Below are positions 51,656 to 60,857 of a DNA stretch of 64,000 nucleotides, in pieces. Both the position numbers and the translations under genes were made by a program. Origin of the DNA: Bacilli bacterium (lineage in GTDB: Bacteria > Bacillota_I > Bacilli_A > RFN20 > CAG-826); contig JBGURM010000092.1 in the NCBI GenBank assembly GCA_045132035.1, positions 7,641 through 71,640 of the forward strand, in the 5' to 3' direction. How positions within the stretch are numbered: the stretch's first letter is position 1; every line of letters begins with the position of its first letter. The notes under the pieces were generated by a model, which saw only the letters and a program-made list of their open reading frames with translations, was not told where the DNA came from and did no database searches.

Positions 51656-52309
51656 ATGCAAAAGAAAAGACTCATCATTTTTGATTTAGACGGAACATTA
51701 ATTAACACTGTTAAAGATTTAAATATCGCTGTTAATTACGCTTTAAGTCAATATAACTATCCTAATAGAACAATTGAACAAACTACCGCTGATATAGGTA
51801 ATGGAGTGGCTAAATTAATTGAAAGAAGTATTCCAGGTGGACTTAATAATCCAAACTATACCGATTGTTTAGCGACTTTTAAAACCTACTACAAAGCCCA
51901 CTATTTTGAGAATTCTTTTCCATATCAAAACGTGAAAGAAACGCTCAATAACCTTAAAGAAACCGGCTATTTGCTTGCTGTTGTCTCTAATAAATTTGAC
52001 GAAGGAGCGAAGAAATTAATTAACTTCTATCTACCAAATATTTTTGATCGTATCCAAGGAAGTATTCCTGAACTTAATTACAAACCATCAAGTGATTTAG
52101 TAAATAAAGTCTTAAAAGAATTAGATGTAAATACTAATGAAGCTCTTTATGTTGGAGACACTAATGTTGATTATGAAACAGCAGTTAATTCTAATTTAGA
52201 CTGTGTTTTAGTAAGCTATGGTTATCGTGATGAAGAATATTTAAAAGAGCATACAAAAAACTCGCCAATCATTTCTGATTTAAGCGAGCTCTTGATTCTT
52301 CTCAAATAA
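51656..52309 (+). CDS. HAD-IA family hydrolase (phosphatase)
   Basis: Motif I IIFDLDGTL, motif II VVSNK, motif III/IV VGDTNVDYETAVNSN. Confidence 0.75.
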   Translation: MQKKRLIIFDLDGTLINTVKDLNIAVNYALSQYNYPNRTIEQTTADIGNGVAKLIERSIPGGLNNPNYTDCLATFKTYYKAHYFENSFPYQNVKETLNNLKETGYLLAVVSNKFDEGAKKLINFYLPNIFDRIQGSIPELNYKPSSDLVNKVLKELDVNTNEALYVGDTNVDYETAVNSNLDCVLVSYGYRDEEYLKEHTKNSPIISDLSELLILLK

Positions 52310-52783
52310 TTCTTTAATTTTATCTTCTACTTTATCTCGATCAACGTTAAACGATATAGCAAATTCATCAAATAATATCGCTTCAGCGTCTTTTAACATT
52401 TGTAAGTCTGTTGGACCAAGCTTCACTACTTGTCCATTCGCATTATAGTAATTAAAGAAATATAGTTGACGTGAGAGATACGCTAAGTCGAAGACATTAC
52501 CTGAAAGTAGTCTTTTTCTATATTTATCTCTTCTTTGTTTGGTGTTATTAATGAACTCAGCCTCTACTGTTTTCATATATTTAACAACTTCACAAGATTC
52601 TTCATATGTCATGATTGGACGAATGATGTTTTCAGTTCTAGAAACCATGACGTAGATATTTTCTTTTGCCCCTTTATCTGAAACAACGACAAAATAGTCA
52701 TTACCTCCGATATTGGTAATATCTTTAATGGTGGATAATCCTTCTCTAGAATGAACTACTCTCTCTCCAACACTATACTTCAT
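52280..52783 (-). CDS. CarD/CdnL-family RNAP-interacting regulator-like protein
   Basis: N-terminal YSVGERVVHSREGLSTIKDI matches the CarD_CdnL_TRCF N-domain pattern. Start likely MKYSV at 52783; the track starts at 52810. Confidence 0.45.
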   Translation of the reverse strand: MKYSVGERVVHSREGLSTIKDITNIGGNDYFVVVSDKGAKENIYVMVSRTENIIRPIMTYEESCEVVKYMKTVEAEFINNTKQRRDKYRKRLLSGNVFDLAYLSRQLYFFNYYNANGQVVKLGPTDLQMLKDAEAILFDEFAISFNVDRDKVEDKIKELFEKNQELA

Positions 52784-52797
52784 ACTATAATTATCGC

Positions 52798-52838
52798 AAA
52801 AAAAAGGCAATTCGACAAACGCAAATTGCCATTTTTAT
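52798..52838 (-). terminator. Rho-independent terminator after the dUTPase-like gene
   Basis: GGCAATT-loop-AATTGCC flanked by an A-run and a T-run. Confidence 0.6.
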
Positions 52839-52877
52839 ATTACTTTTTGGTAAACAAGAACGACTTTATTAACAAAG

Positions 52878-53369
52878 TTAATAATTAGTTTCTTGTCTTA
52901 CATGATTTTCTTTTAATTTGAGGTAATAAGCCTCTTTAGCCTCTAACCAGCTATATCCGAGTTTGAAAAGGGCACGTAAGTAGCTTTTAAAGGCTAATAT
53001 ATAGTTAGATTCAGTCTGACTTTGATAGAAAATAGAGGTTAATTCATAAGTCTTTAAGAGGTTATCTGTTAGACTCATTTCATCGTCAAATACTTCTATC
53101 TCATCTACGATGTAATTTTGATCAATACCAAGTGAGAGAAGGAAATGTAACCCATCAGCGAATTCATCAAGAACTCTTTCTTTAGATTCTGGACCTTTAT
53201 TAGACCAGTATTTAAATGTCCTTGTCGCGTTAGCGAATTCTCCTAACTCAACAAGTAGAGAAAGTGTTCTCTTATTTCTTGTTGATTCATAAGTGACATT
53301 ATGATTTTTAGCGATTTCTTCGTCGAGCTCTCTTTGCTTGATATATAAATCTTTTAAATCACAAATCAT
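52878..53369 (-). CDS. All-alpha NTP pyrophosphohydrolase, dimeric-dUTPase (dUTPase_2)-like
   Basis: LVELGEFANATRTFKYWSNK...VLDEFADGLHFLLSLGI and C-terminal AYYLKLKENHVRQ. ATG overlaps the glgP stop (TAATG). Confidence 0.5.
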   Translation of the reverse strand: MICDLKDLYIKQRELDEEIAKNHNVTYESTRNKRTLSLLVELGEFANATRTFKYWSNKGPESKERVLDEFADGLHFLLSLGIDQNYIVDEIEVFDDEMSLTDNLLKTYELTSIFYQSQTESNYILAFKSYLRALFKLGYSWLEAKEAYYLKLKENHVRQETNY

Positions 53370-55771
53370 TAACTGATTTTCTCCAACTTCCAAATATCTC
53401 TAACGTATTCTTCGATTGTTCTATCACTTGAGAAGTAACCACTATTAGCGATATTCATTAAGCACATTTGAGCCCATTTCTTCTTATCTTGATATAAGGT
53501 AGAAGCTTTCTCTTGTGCTTCGATATAACTTGGTAAATCTTTTAAGATGAAATATTGGTCATTTCCATTAAAGATTTCATCGAAAATCATTCTGAATTTG
53601 TCTTTACGATAATTTGTCCACTCTCCATCAAATAAGGACTCCATAATCGCGTGTATACGCGCATCATTGTTATACATATCCCATGGAGAATATGTTCCAT
53701 TACGGACCATTTCTTCAACTTCATTATCTCTTAAACCAAAGATGATGGCGTTTTCTTCTCCAGCGTTAGCGACGATTTCAATATTCGCACCATCCATTGT
53801 GCCTAAAGTAATCGCTCCATTCATCATGAACTTCATATTTGAAGTACCACTAGCTTCTTTACCAGCAGTAGAGATTTGTTCAGAGATATCCGCAGCAGGA
53901 ATGATTAATTCCGCTAAAGAGACCCCATAGTTTTCAATAAAGACAACTTTTAAGAATGGAGAGATCTCTGGGTCATTATTCACTACTTCAGCAACCGCTA
54001 AGATTAATTCAATAATCTTCTTTGCATAGACATAACTTGGAGCGGCTTTCGCACCAAAGATATATGTATGAGGATAGATTCTAAAGTTAGGATCACTCTT
54101 CATTCTTTGATATAAGTAGATGATGTGGAAGACATTCATTAATTGACGTTTATAAGCGTGTAAACGTTTAATTTGAACATCAAAGATTGAATTAACATCA
54201 ACATCAATTCCATTATGTTCTTTAATATATGCAGCAAGTTTCTTTTTGTTTTCAAGTTTGATTGCTTGAAGTTCATCTAAGACTTTGTCATCATTCTTAT
54301 ATTTTTCAAAAGCCTTAATCTTGCTCATGTCAGTAATCCAAGATGTGCCAATTTTGCTACTGATGAGTTTAGTTAATTCTGGATTACAGTTCACTAACCA
54401 TCTTCTATGAGTAACACCATTCGTCTTGTTATTGAATTTTTCAGGCATATATTTATAGAATTCTTTGAAAGTAATATTCTTTAAGATTTCTGTATGTAAT
54501 GCCGCAACACCATTAACTGAGAAAGCTGTATAAATAGCTAAGTTAGTCATATGAATTTGACCATCTTTAATGATGTTCATTTGATGTCTTTCCCATTCAG
54601 GAATGTTATTAGCGGTCATTTCTAAATTAAATCTACGATTAATTTCTTCAATGATCATATAACAACGTGGAATGAGGTGTTGGACATAATTGATTGGCCA
54701 TTTTTCAAGAGCTTCCACCATAACAGTGTGATTGGTGTAGGCCATACATTTAGTAACTTCATTCCATGCGTCTTCCCATTCCATGTCATATTCATCAAGC
54801 ATGATTCTCATCATTTCAGGAATAGCTAAAATTGGGTGAGTGTCATTGAGTTGGAAGACATAATCATCGTGAATTCCAATTAAAGTATTATGGTGACGAT
54901 AGAAACTATTTAAAGCACTTTGCAAACCAGCAGAAACTAAGAAATATTGTTGTCTTAATCTTAAGATTCTTCCGGCTTCAGTAGAATCATCAGGATATAA
55001 GCCATGGCATAATTCCTCTAAAGCAATACAGTAATCATTAAATGAAACTGATTTTGGAAGAGGTTTACTACTTGGTTCAGCGTTCCAAAGTCTTAAAGTA
55101 TTGGTAACGTGGTTTTGATAGCCGATAACAGGCATATCATAAGGAACCGCTCTAACAATTAAAGCGTCAGCGGTTTTAATTCCATATGTGCCGTCTTTCT
55201 TTTGATAGCTTTCTGGATGTCCGTAGAATTTAACTTCAACCGCATATTTCGCTCTTCTAACTTCCCAAACGTTACCGTTAGTTAACCATTGGTCTGGTAA
55301 TTCTTTTTGCTTTCCATCAGCAATCTTTTGACGGAAGAAACCATATTCATAACGGATACAGTTACCGTGACCGATATAACCTAAAGACGCGATAGAATCT
55401 AAGAAACAGGCTGCTAGTCTTCCTAAACCACCATTACCAAGTCCAGCGTCACTCTCTTCATTTTCAAGAGTGTTTAAGTCGATTCCTAAATCATCTAAGC
55501 CTTCTTTGATAATTTGGTATAAACCAAGGTTTTGGATATTGTTTGATAGCAAACGTCCGATTAAGAACTCCATTGAGAAGTAGATTAAGCTTCTTTTTCC
55601 TTGTGTAGATTCAAGGTGGGTTTTACTCCAGTCCACGTTTGCGTAGTCTCTAATCATTTCTCCTAAGATTGTGTATTGTTCGTTCGCACAGCTATTAGCA
55701 ACATCGACACCATATCTTTGGAGTAAACGAGATTGAAATTCGTTTTTAAAATCTTTTTTCGATGCAAACAT
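53369..55771 (-). CDS. glgP: Glycogen/maltodextrin phosphorylase (GT35)
   Basis: PLP site EASGTSNMKFMMNGA. 800 aa. Confidence 0.92.
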   Translation of the reverse strand: MFASKKDFKNEFQSRLLQRYGVDVANSCANEQYTILGEMIRDYANVDWSKTHLESTQGKRSLIYFSMEFLIGRLLSNNIQNLGLYQIIKEGLDDLGIDLNTLENEESDAGLGNGGLGRLAACFLDSIASLGYIGHGNCIRYEYGFFRQKIADGKQKELPDQWLTNGNVWEVRRAKYAVEVKFYGHPESYQKKDGTYGIKTADALIVRAVPYDMPVIGYQNHVTNTLRLWNAEPSSKPLPKSVSFNDYCIALEELCHGLYPDDSTEAGRILRLRQQYFLVSAGLQSALNSFYRHHNTLIGIHDDYVFQLNDTHPILAIPEMMRIMLDEYDMEWEDAWNEVTKCMAYTNHTVMVEALEKWPINYVQHLIPRCYMIIEEINRRFNLEMTANNIPEWERHQMNIIKDGQIHMTNLAIYTAFSVNGVAALHTEILKNITFKEFYKYMPEKFNNKTNGVTHRRWLVNCNPELTKLISSKIGTSWITDMSKIKAFEKYKNDDKVLDELQAIKLENKKKLAAYIKEHNGIDVDVNSIFDVQIKRLHAYKRQLMNVFHIIYLYQRMKSDPNFRIYPHTYIFGAKAAPSYVYAKKIIELILAVAEVVNNDPEISPFLKVVFIENYGVSLAELIIPAADISEQISTAGKEASGTSNMKFMMNGAITLGTMDGANIEIVANAGEENAIIFGLRDNEVEEMVRNGTYSPWDMYNNDARIHAIMESLFDGEWTNYRKDKFRMIFDEIFNGNDQYFILKDLPSYIEAQEKASTLYQDKKKWAQMCLMNIANSGYFSSDRTIEEYVRDIWKLEKIS

Positions 55772-55820
55772 AAAATTCCCCCTATGTATGTAAAAGATTT
55801 ATTAATTAAATATAAAAGAT

Positions 55821-57665
55821 TTATTTCTTTTTAGTTGTTTTTTTTGGCTCTTCTTTTGGTGGTTCTTCAAGTTTGAAGATCATCGCTCCTAAGGAGGCTA
55901 ATTTGATGGTGATATATCCACCATAACTTCCTAAAGGTGCCCCGTTATATTGGTTTGCGCCACCATAGATATCTTTATCACTATTAAAGATTTCAACATA
56001 TCTTCCTTCTTTTTCCACTGGAATACCAAAGTTCTCGTAGAAGTTAGGAGTCATGTTATAAACAAAGATTAATGTTTCACCATCAACTCTTCTAGTGAAA
56101 GCGAAAACACTATCATTACTATTATCAACGATTAACCATTTAAATCTTTCAGGATTATGTTCCTCAAAATACATCGCTGGATGCGCTCTATAGATGAGGT
56201 TTAAATCATGGTAGAGTCTAGAAATGGAATCATGAGCAGGGAATTGTTTTAATTCCCATGGTAATGATTTAGCTTCATTCCATTCGTCAAATGAACCGAA
56301 TTCGTTACCCATGAAGTTGAGTTTCTTTCCTGGGTGACCGTATTGGTAAGTGATTAAGTTTCTGAGTAAAGCGAATTTTTGATAATAATCGCCCCACATC
56401 TTATTTAATAATGTTCCTTTACCGTGTACGACTTCGTCGTGAGAGAATGGTAATAAGAAATTATCACTATAGAAATATGCCATTGAGAAAGTTAATTTAT
56501 TATGGTCATATTTCTTATAAACTGGATCTAATGCGTAATATTTAAGAGTGTCATTCATCCAGCCTAAATCCCACTTGTAATCGAATCCAAGACCGATATC
56601 AGTTGGTTTAGTAACTCCTGGATAATCACTACTATCTTCCGCAATCATCATCACTGAATCATGAGCTATATGAATCTTACCGTTAAGACGTTTAACGAAT
56701 TCAATAGCGCCATCATTAGTGCCATTTCTCTTATCTCCGTTATAGAAGATGATATTGCTAACCGCGTCGATTCTAATACCGTCCGCGTGATATTTATCAA
56801 TATAGAAATTAATCGCGCTCATTAAGAAGCTTCTAATTGGATCTTTTCCTAAGTCAAATTGATAACTTCCCCAAGGAGACACTCTCCATTTGTTGTTATA
56901 TTCAAATAAGCGTGTTCCATCATATTCCACTAAAGCCCATGGGTCGTTAGCGAAGTGAACAGGAGCAAAGTCAATGATAACTCCAATACCTGCTTGGTGT
57001 AATCTATCAATTAATGACATGAGTTGGAAAGGATTGCCATATCTTGGGTCACAACTATAGAATCCAGTTGCTTGATATCCCCAGCTTCCTAAAAATGGGT
57101 GCATCATGATTGGCATAAATTCCACGTGAGTGTAGCCCATGCCTGTCACATAAGGAATTAATTCATCCGCTAATTCTTCATAAGAAGAGAATCTTCCTTC
57201 GTGCTTTTTAAGCCAGCTACCAGCGTGCATCTCATAAATTGACATTGGTTTGTCAAAGTTACGAGTTCTTTCTTTTAAGAATTTTTCATCATGCCAAATA
57301 AAGTCTCTAATGTCGAAAAGTCTCGAACAAGTGCCAGGTGCAACTTCACTAAAGAACGCATATGGGTCAATTTTATCTACATATACTCCTTTCGCATTCT
57401 TGAAGTGATATTTGTAGGCTTGATAACTTTGAAGTCCAGGAATGAATGTTTCCCAAACACCACAGTCATCGATCTTGTTCATTTTGTGGGCGTACATACT
57501 CCAATTATTGAAATCACCAATAACTGAAACATCACTTGCCATTGGAGCGTATAATCTAAAAACTACTCCGTTTTGGTCTCCTCTTTTCTCAAAGTGAGCT
57601 CCGAAGTAATTATAGGCTTCAATGGTTTGGCCCATTAAATAATCATAAAGTAATCCGAATGCCAT
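55821..57665 (-). CDS. glgB: 1,4-alpha-glucan branching enzyme (GH13)
   Basis: GH13 catalytic regions (GVIIDFAPVHF, ADGIRIDAV, FMGNEFG). Confidence 0.85.
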   Translation of the reverse strand: MAFGLLYDYLMGQTIEAYNYFGAHFEKRGDQNGVVFRLYAPMASDVSVIGDFNNWSMYAHKMNKIDDCGVWETFIPGLQSYQAYKYHFKNAKGVYVDKIDPYAFFSEVAPGTCSRLFDIRDFIWHDEKFLKERTRNFDKPMSIYEMHAGSWLKKHEGRFSSYEELADELIPYVTGMGYTHVEFMPIMMHPFLGSWGYQATGFYSCDPRYGNPFQLMSLIDRLHQAGIGVIIDFAPVHFANDPWALVEYDGTRLFEYNNKWRVSPWGSYQFDLGKDPIRSFLMSAINFYIDKYHADGIRIDAVSNIIFYNGDKRNGTNDGAIEFVKRLNGKIHIAHDSVMMIAEDSSDYPGVTKPTDIGLGFDYKWDLGWMNDTLKYYALDPVYKKYDHNKLTFSMAYFYSDNFLLPFSHDEVVHGKGTLLNKMWGDYYQKFALLRNLITYQYGHPGKKLNFMGNEFGSFDEWNEAKSLPWELKQFPAHDSISRLYHDLNLIYRAHPAMYFEEHNPERFKWLIVDNSNDSVFAFTRRVDGETLIFVYNMTPNFYENFGIPVEKEGRYVEIFNSDKDIYGGANQYNGAPLGSYGGYITIKLASLGAMIFKLEEPPKEEPKKTTKKK

Positions 57666-57772
57666 ACAACATTATTATAAATAATGATTAAAACTATGTG
57701 AATAACAAACAAAAAAATATTCTATATTTCTTTGTTAATTTATATAGTTATATCTCCCAATAATTTTTACCT

Positions 57773-57808
57773 ATTTTAAAATAGGCTATTTCTAAATAGG
57801 CTAATTAT
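57773..57808 (-). promoter_or_regulatory. 36-bp promoter/operator module upstream of glgB: two adjacent 14-bp palindromes overlapping a TTTAGA -35 box
   Basis: CTATTTTAAAATAG-G-CTATTTCTAAATAG-GCTAATT. It is 35/36 identical to the copy at 59192-59227. Confidence 0.6.
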
Positions 57809-59168
57809 ACAAATCTGTTAATGTTATTAAAATAGAATCAGTATTTGATTTTAAATCATCTTTAAAACCACTTTTTGATGCAAAAGCGTATTTGGCAACA
57901 GTAAAAGGCAAATCCTTCCACTGTGTTTTTTCTTCGTTATAATCACTAATACCAACTTTGGAGTCAGTGTATTTACATTCAATAGGAATTAATCCTTCTT
58001 TAGTGGATAAGACAACATCAAATTCGCGATTAATGTTTCCACTATTATAGTAAAGTCGACCAATTGAATCGAAAAGTGGGAGTTTAATAGAATTAACTCT
58101 TATCGCATATTCTTTAACCACTTCTTCAAATTTGGTTGGTAAATAACTTTCATATAATTCTTTTTTTACATAATTTTGGAAAAAGACCTCAGTCGGCATG
58201 CTTGATCTCACTCTTTGATATTTGAAAATAAAAGAATAATAAAACGACATAAGATTATCTTTAATTTGATATAGAGCTTTTCTTTCAGATTTAGCGTTAA
58301 CTTGATAAGATTTATCAATTAAATCCATCTCTTCTAATTTTCTTAAATATCGAGTAATGTTGTCTTTAGAAGGATCACCCATTCTTTCATTCAAATCGGT
58401 ATATTTTCTTATACCTCTAGCGATTAATTCAAATATAGAATTAATATTTGCTTCTTTTTCAAGCTCTCCAACAATTGTCGCTACTGCTTCTTTTTCAAAG
58501 AAAGAATCAGCTTTAATAAACTCATTTAATAAATTCTCTTCAAAAGGAATTGAATAATCAATATGTTTTAAATTAAAGGCAGTTCCACCAAAGACAGCAT
58601 AATATTTAAATTTTTCATCTTCACTAATATTTCCCATGAATTTAGAAGCTTCATAATAATTAAATGTTCTTAACATTATCTCTTCATTAAATCTTCCATA
58701 TAATGGAGATTTTTTATCGATAATTCTTTTCATGGTTTCAATATAAGAACCGCATAAAATAATCGTTATCTTCGCGTTATTTTTATGTAGCTCAATTGCT
58801 TTTTGTAAATAAGAATCAATTGAGTCGTTAGACTTCTTTAAAAATGAATATTCATCAATAAATAATACAAAGGGATTAGTTTTACTATATTCAAATAAAG
58901 ACGCATAGAATTCATAGAAATCTCTTGGATGGAAAGATACATTATTCATAAATCTTCCGGCTTCAAAAGAAAACTCTTCTAAGTTAATACTTTCATTTAC
59001 TTCTCTCGCTAATAACGGTAACACTCTAACGTTTTCTAACTCTATTGCTTTATTAATTAATTCTGTTTTTCCAATTCTTCTTCTTCCATATACAAGCACA
59101 GCTTGAAATGAATCTAGTTTTAATCTTCTTCTAATTTTATTTAATTCATTTTCGCGTCCAATAAACAT
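57801..59168 (-). CDS. AAA+ ATPase of the PF01637/DUF234 type ('ATP-binding protein'), function unknown
   Basis: Walker A GRRRIGKTEL, Walker B LFIDEYSFL, C-terminal DUF234-like region. GAGG RBS. Confidence 0.6.
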   Translation of the reverse strand: MFIGRENELNKIRRRLKLDSFQAVLVYGRRRIGKTELINKAIELENVRVLPLLAREVNESINLEEFSFEAGRFMNNVSFHPRDFYEFYASLFEYSKTNPFVLFIDEYSFLKKSNDSIDSYLQKAIELHKNNAKITIILCGSYIETMKRIIDKKSPLYGRFNEEIMLRTFNYYEASKFMGNISEDEKFKYYAVFGGTAFNLKHIDYSIPFEENLLNEFIKADSFFEKEAVATIVGELEKEANINSIFELIARGIRKYTDLNERMGDPSKDNITRYLRKLEEMDLIDKSYQVNAKSERKALYQIKDNLMSFYYSFIFKYQRVRSSMPTEVFFQNYVKKELYESYLPTKFEEVVKEYAIRVNSIKLPLFDSIGRLYYNSGNINREFDVVLSTKEGLIPIECKYTDSKVGISDYNEEKTQWKDLPFTVAKYAFASKSGFKDDLKSNTDSILITLTDLYN

Positions 59169-59191
59169 AAAATATATCCTCGTATATTAGT

Positions 59192-59227
59192 CTATTTTAA
59201 AATAGGCTATTTGTAAATAGGCTAATT
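59192..59227 (-). promoter_or_regulatory. Second copy of the 36-bp palindromic promoter/operator module, upstream of the AAA ATPase gene
   Basis: CTATTTTAAAATAGGCTATTTGTAAATAGGCTAATT with -35 TTTACA, a 17-nt spacer, -10 TAGACT, GAGG RBS, then ATG. Confidence 0.6.
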
Positions 59228-59249
59228 TTTTTAAAATATTTTTATATAC

Positions 59250-59277
59250 AAAAAGACCCTTTCAATTAAGAAAGAGT
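59250..59277 (-). terminator. Rho-independent terminator after malQ
   Basis: GACCCTTTC-loop-GAAAGAGTC with a T-run on the minus strand. Confidence 0.55.
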
Positions 59278-59290
59278 CATATTGTTAATT

Positions 59291-60721
59291 TTAATTAAAC
59301 CATTTAGGATCTGGGTATTTGACTTCGTTAATAAATGAGAAGTCTTTTAATTTCCAAGTCCAGTTTGGTTCTCCTACTGTTCCAGGCCAATTCATTCTTC
59401 CGGAGTTATCAAGTTTAATAACATCTTGAAGTTGGAAGATAGTCATCATTGAAGGCATTGTGAAGATATATTTAACAATTGCATCATATAATCCTTCATC
59501 ATAATTAACACCTAATCTATTAGCGATAAATCTTCTTTGATCATCATTAAGATTTAAATACCAACCATATAATGTTTCATTATCATGAGTTCCTGGATAG
59601 ACAATTTGTCTATTAGTGGATTCTTGCTTCAAATCAAAGATTGTGAATTCACAAATGAACATACCAGGAAGATTATAATGGTCTCTTAATTCAAGAACTT
59701 CAGGTCTAAGATCACCTAAATCTTCCGCAATTAAATTGATCTTTGGATATTTCTCGTAGAGTTTATCAAAGAAGTCTTCTCTAGGACCAATCTTCCACAC
59801 TCCATTTTTAGCGGTTTCTTCTCCAGCTGGAATGACATAATATGTATCGAACGCTCTAAAGTGGTCAATACGTAAATAGTCACACATACTAGCGAGATAT
59901 CCAATACGATCAATGAATAACTTATATCCATTTTTCTTCATTCTTTCAAAGTTATATATTGGAGATCCCCATAATTGACCAACATCACTAAAAGCATCTG
60001 GCCCTACTCCGCCAACTTCAAAAAGTTTGTTGTCTGGTCCAATTTGGAATTGATTTCTATTTAGCCAGCATTCCACTCCATCAAAGCCAACATAGAAAGG
60101 CATATCACAAATGATTTTAATACCTTTTTTAGCAGCGTATCTTCTAACTTTATTCCACTGTTTAAACGCTAAATATTGTAAGAAGATAATGAAGTTAACT
60201 TGGTCTTTATATCTTCTTGGTGGCTTATTATGGTATTCATAATAATCAAGATATTCTTCATCCCATTCATTCCACTGCTTGTTATCATTCATTTCTTTGA
60301 ATACTTCAAATGTCGCGTATTCTTTAACCCAAGGGTTAAGGGTTTTAAATTTATGAAGAACCTCACTATGGTTTTTCATAAACTTGCGAAACGCTAAACC
60401 TAGCTCTCTTTTTTTGAATTCTCCAACATCATAATAATCAACTTTAATGCAGTCTGGATTATGAGCAGGTACCTTTGGTAATAAACCCATCTTACTCACA
60501 TAATCTAGTGAGATATATCTATATTCCAAAGCCTTGGAACAAGTAGACATATATGGTGAATATCCAGGTCCAAGAGGATTAAGAGGAAGGGTCTGCCAAT
60601 ATTCATAATGATTGTCGCTTAGCCAATCAATAAATTTGTAGCATGGATCACCAAAATCTCCGATTCCATGGTTTCCTGGTAAGGAAGAAACGGCAAGTAA
60701 AATACCTAAATGTTTTTTCAT
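59291..60721 (-). CDS. malQ: 4-alpha-glucanotransferase (amylomaltase, GH77)
   Basis: N-terminal GILLAVSSLPGNHGIGDFG typical of GH77. Confidence 0.85.
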   Translation of the reverse strand: MKKHLGILLAVSSLPGNHGIGDFGDPCYKFIDWLSDNHYEYWQTLPLNPLGPGYSPYMSTCSKALEYRYISLDYVSKMGLLPKVPAHNPDCIKVDYYDVGEFKKRELGLAFRKFMKNHSEVLHKFKTLNPWVKEYATFEVFKEMNDNKQWNEWDEEYLDYYEYHNKPPRRYKDQVNFIIFLQYLAFKQWNKVRRYAAKKGIKIICDMPFYVGFDGVECWLNRNQFQIGPDNKLFEVGGVGPDAFSDVGQLWGSPIYNFERMKKNGYKLFIDRIGYLASMCDYLRIDHFRAFDTYYVIPAGEETAKNGVWKIGPREDFFDKLYEKYPKINLIAEDLGDLRPEVLELRDHYNLPGMFICEFTIFDLKQESTNRQIVYPGTHDNETLYGWYLNLNDDQRRFIANRLGVNYDEGLYDAIVKYIFTMPSMMTIFQLQDVIKLDNSGRMNWPGTVGEPNWTWKLKDFSFINEVKYPDPKWFN

Positions 60722-60814
60722 ATTATTTTATGTCCTTTAAAAGTACAACTTAATGATAGAACACCATTATTTTATTTTCAATAATTCCTTTATTTATTTG
60801 GGAAACTTCCCATA

Positions 60815-60839
60815 AGAAAAGAGGAGAATGAACTCCTCT
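60815..60839 (-). terminator. Rho-independent terminator after the 60858-62012 gene
   Basis: GAGGAG-loop-CTCCTC then TTTTCTTAT on the minus strand. Confidence 0.5.
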
Positions 60840-60857
60840 ATATCTTATTTAATATTA

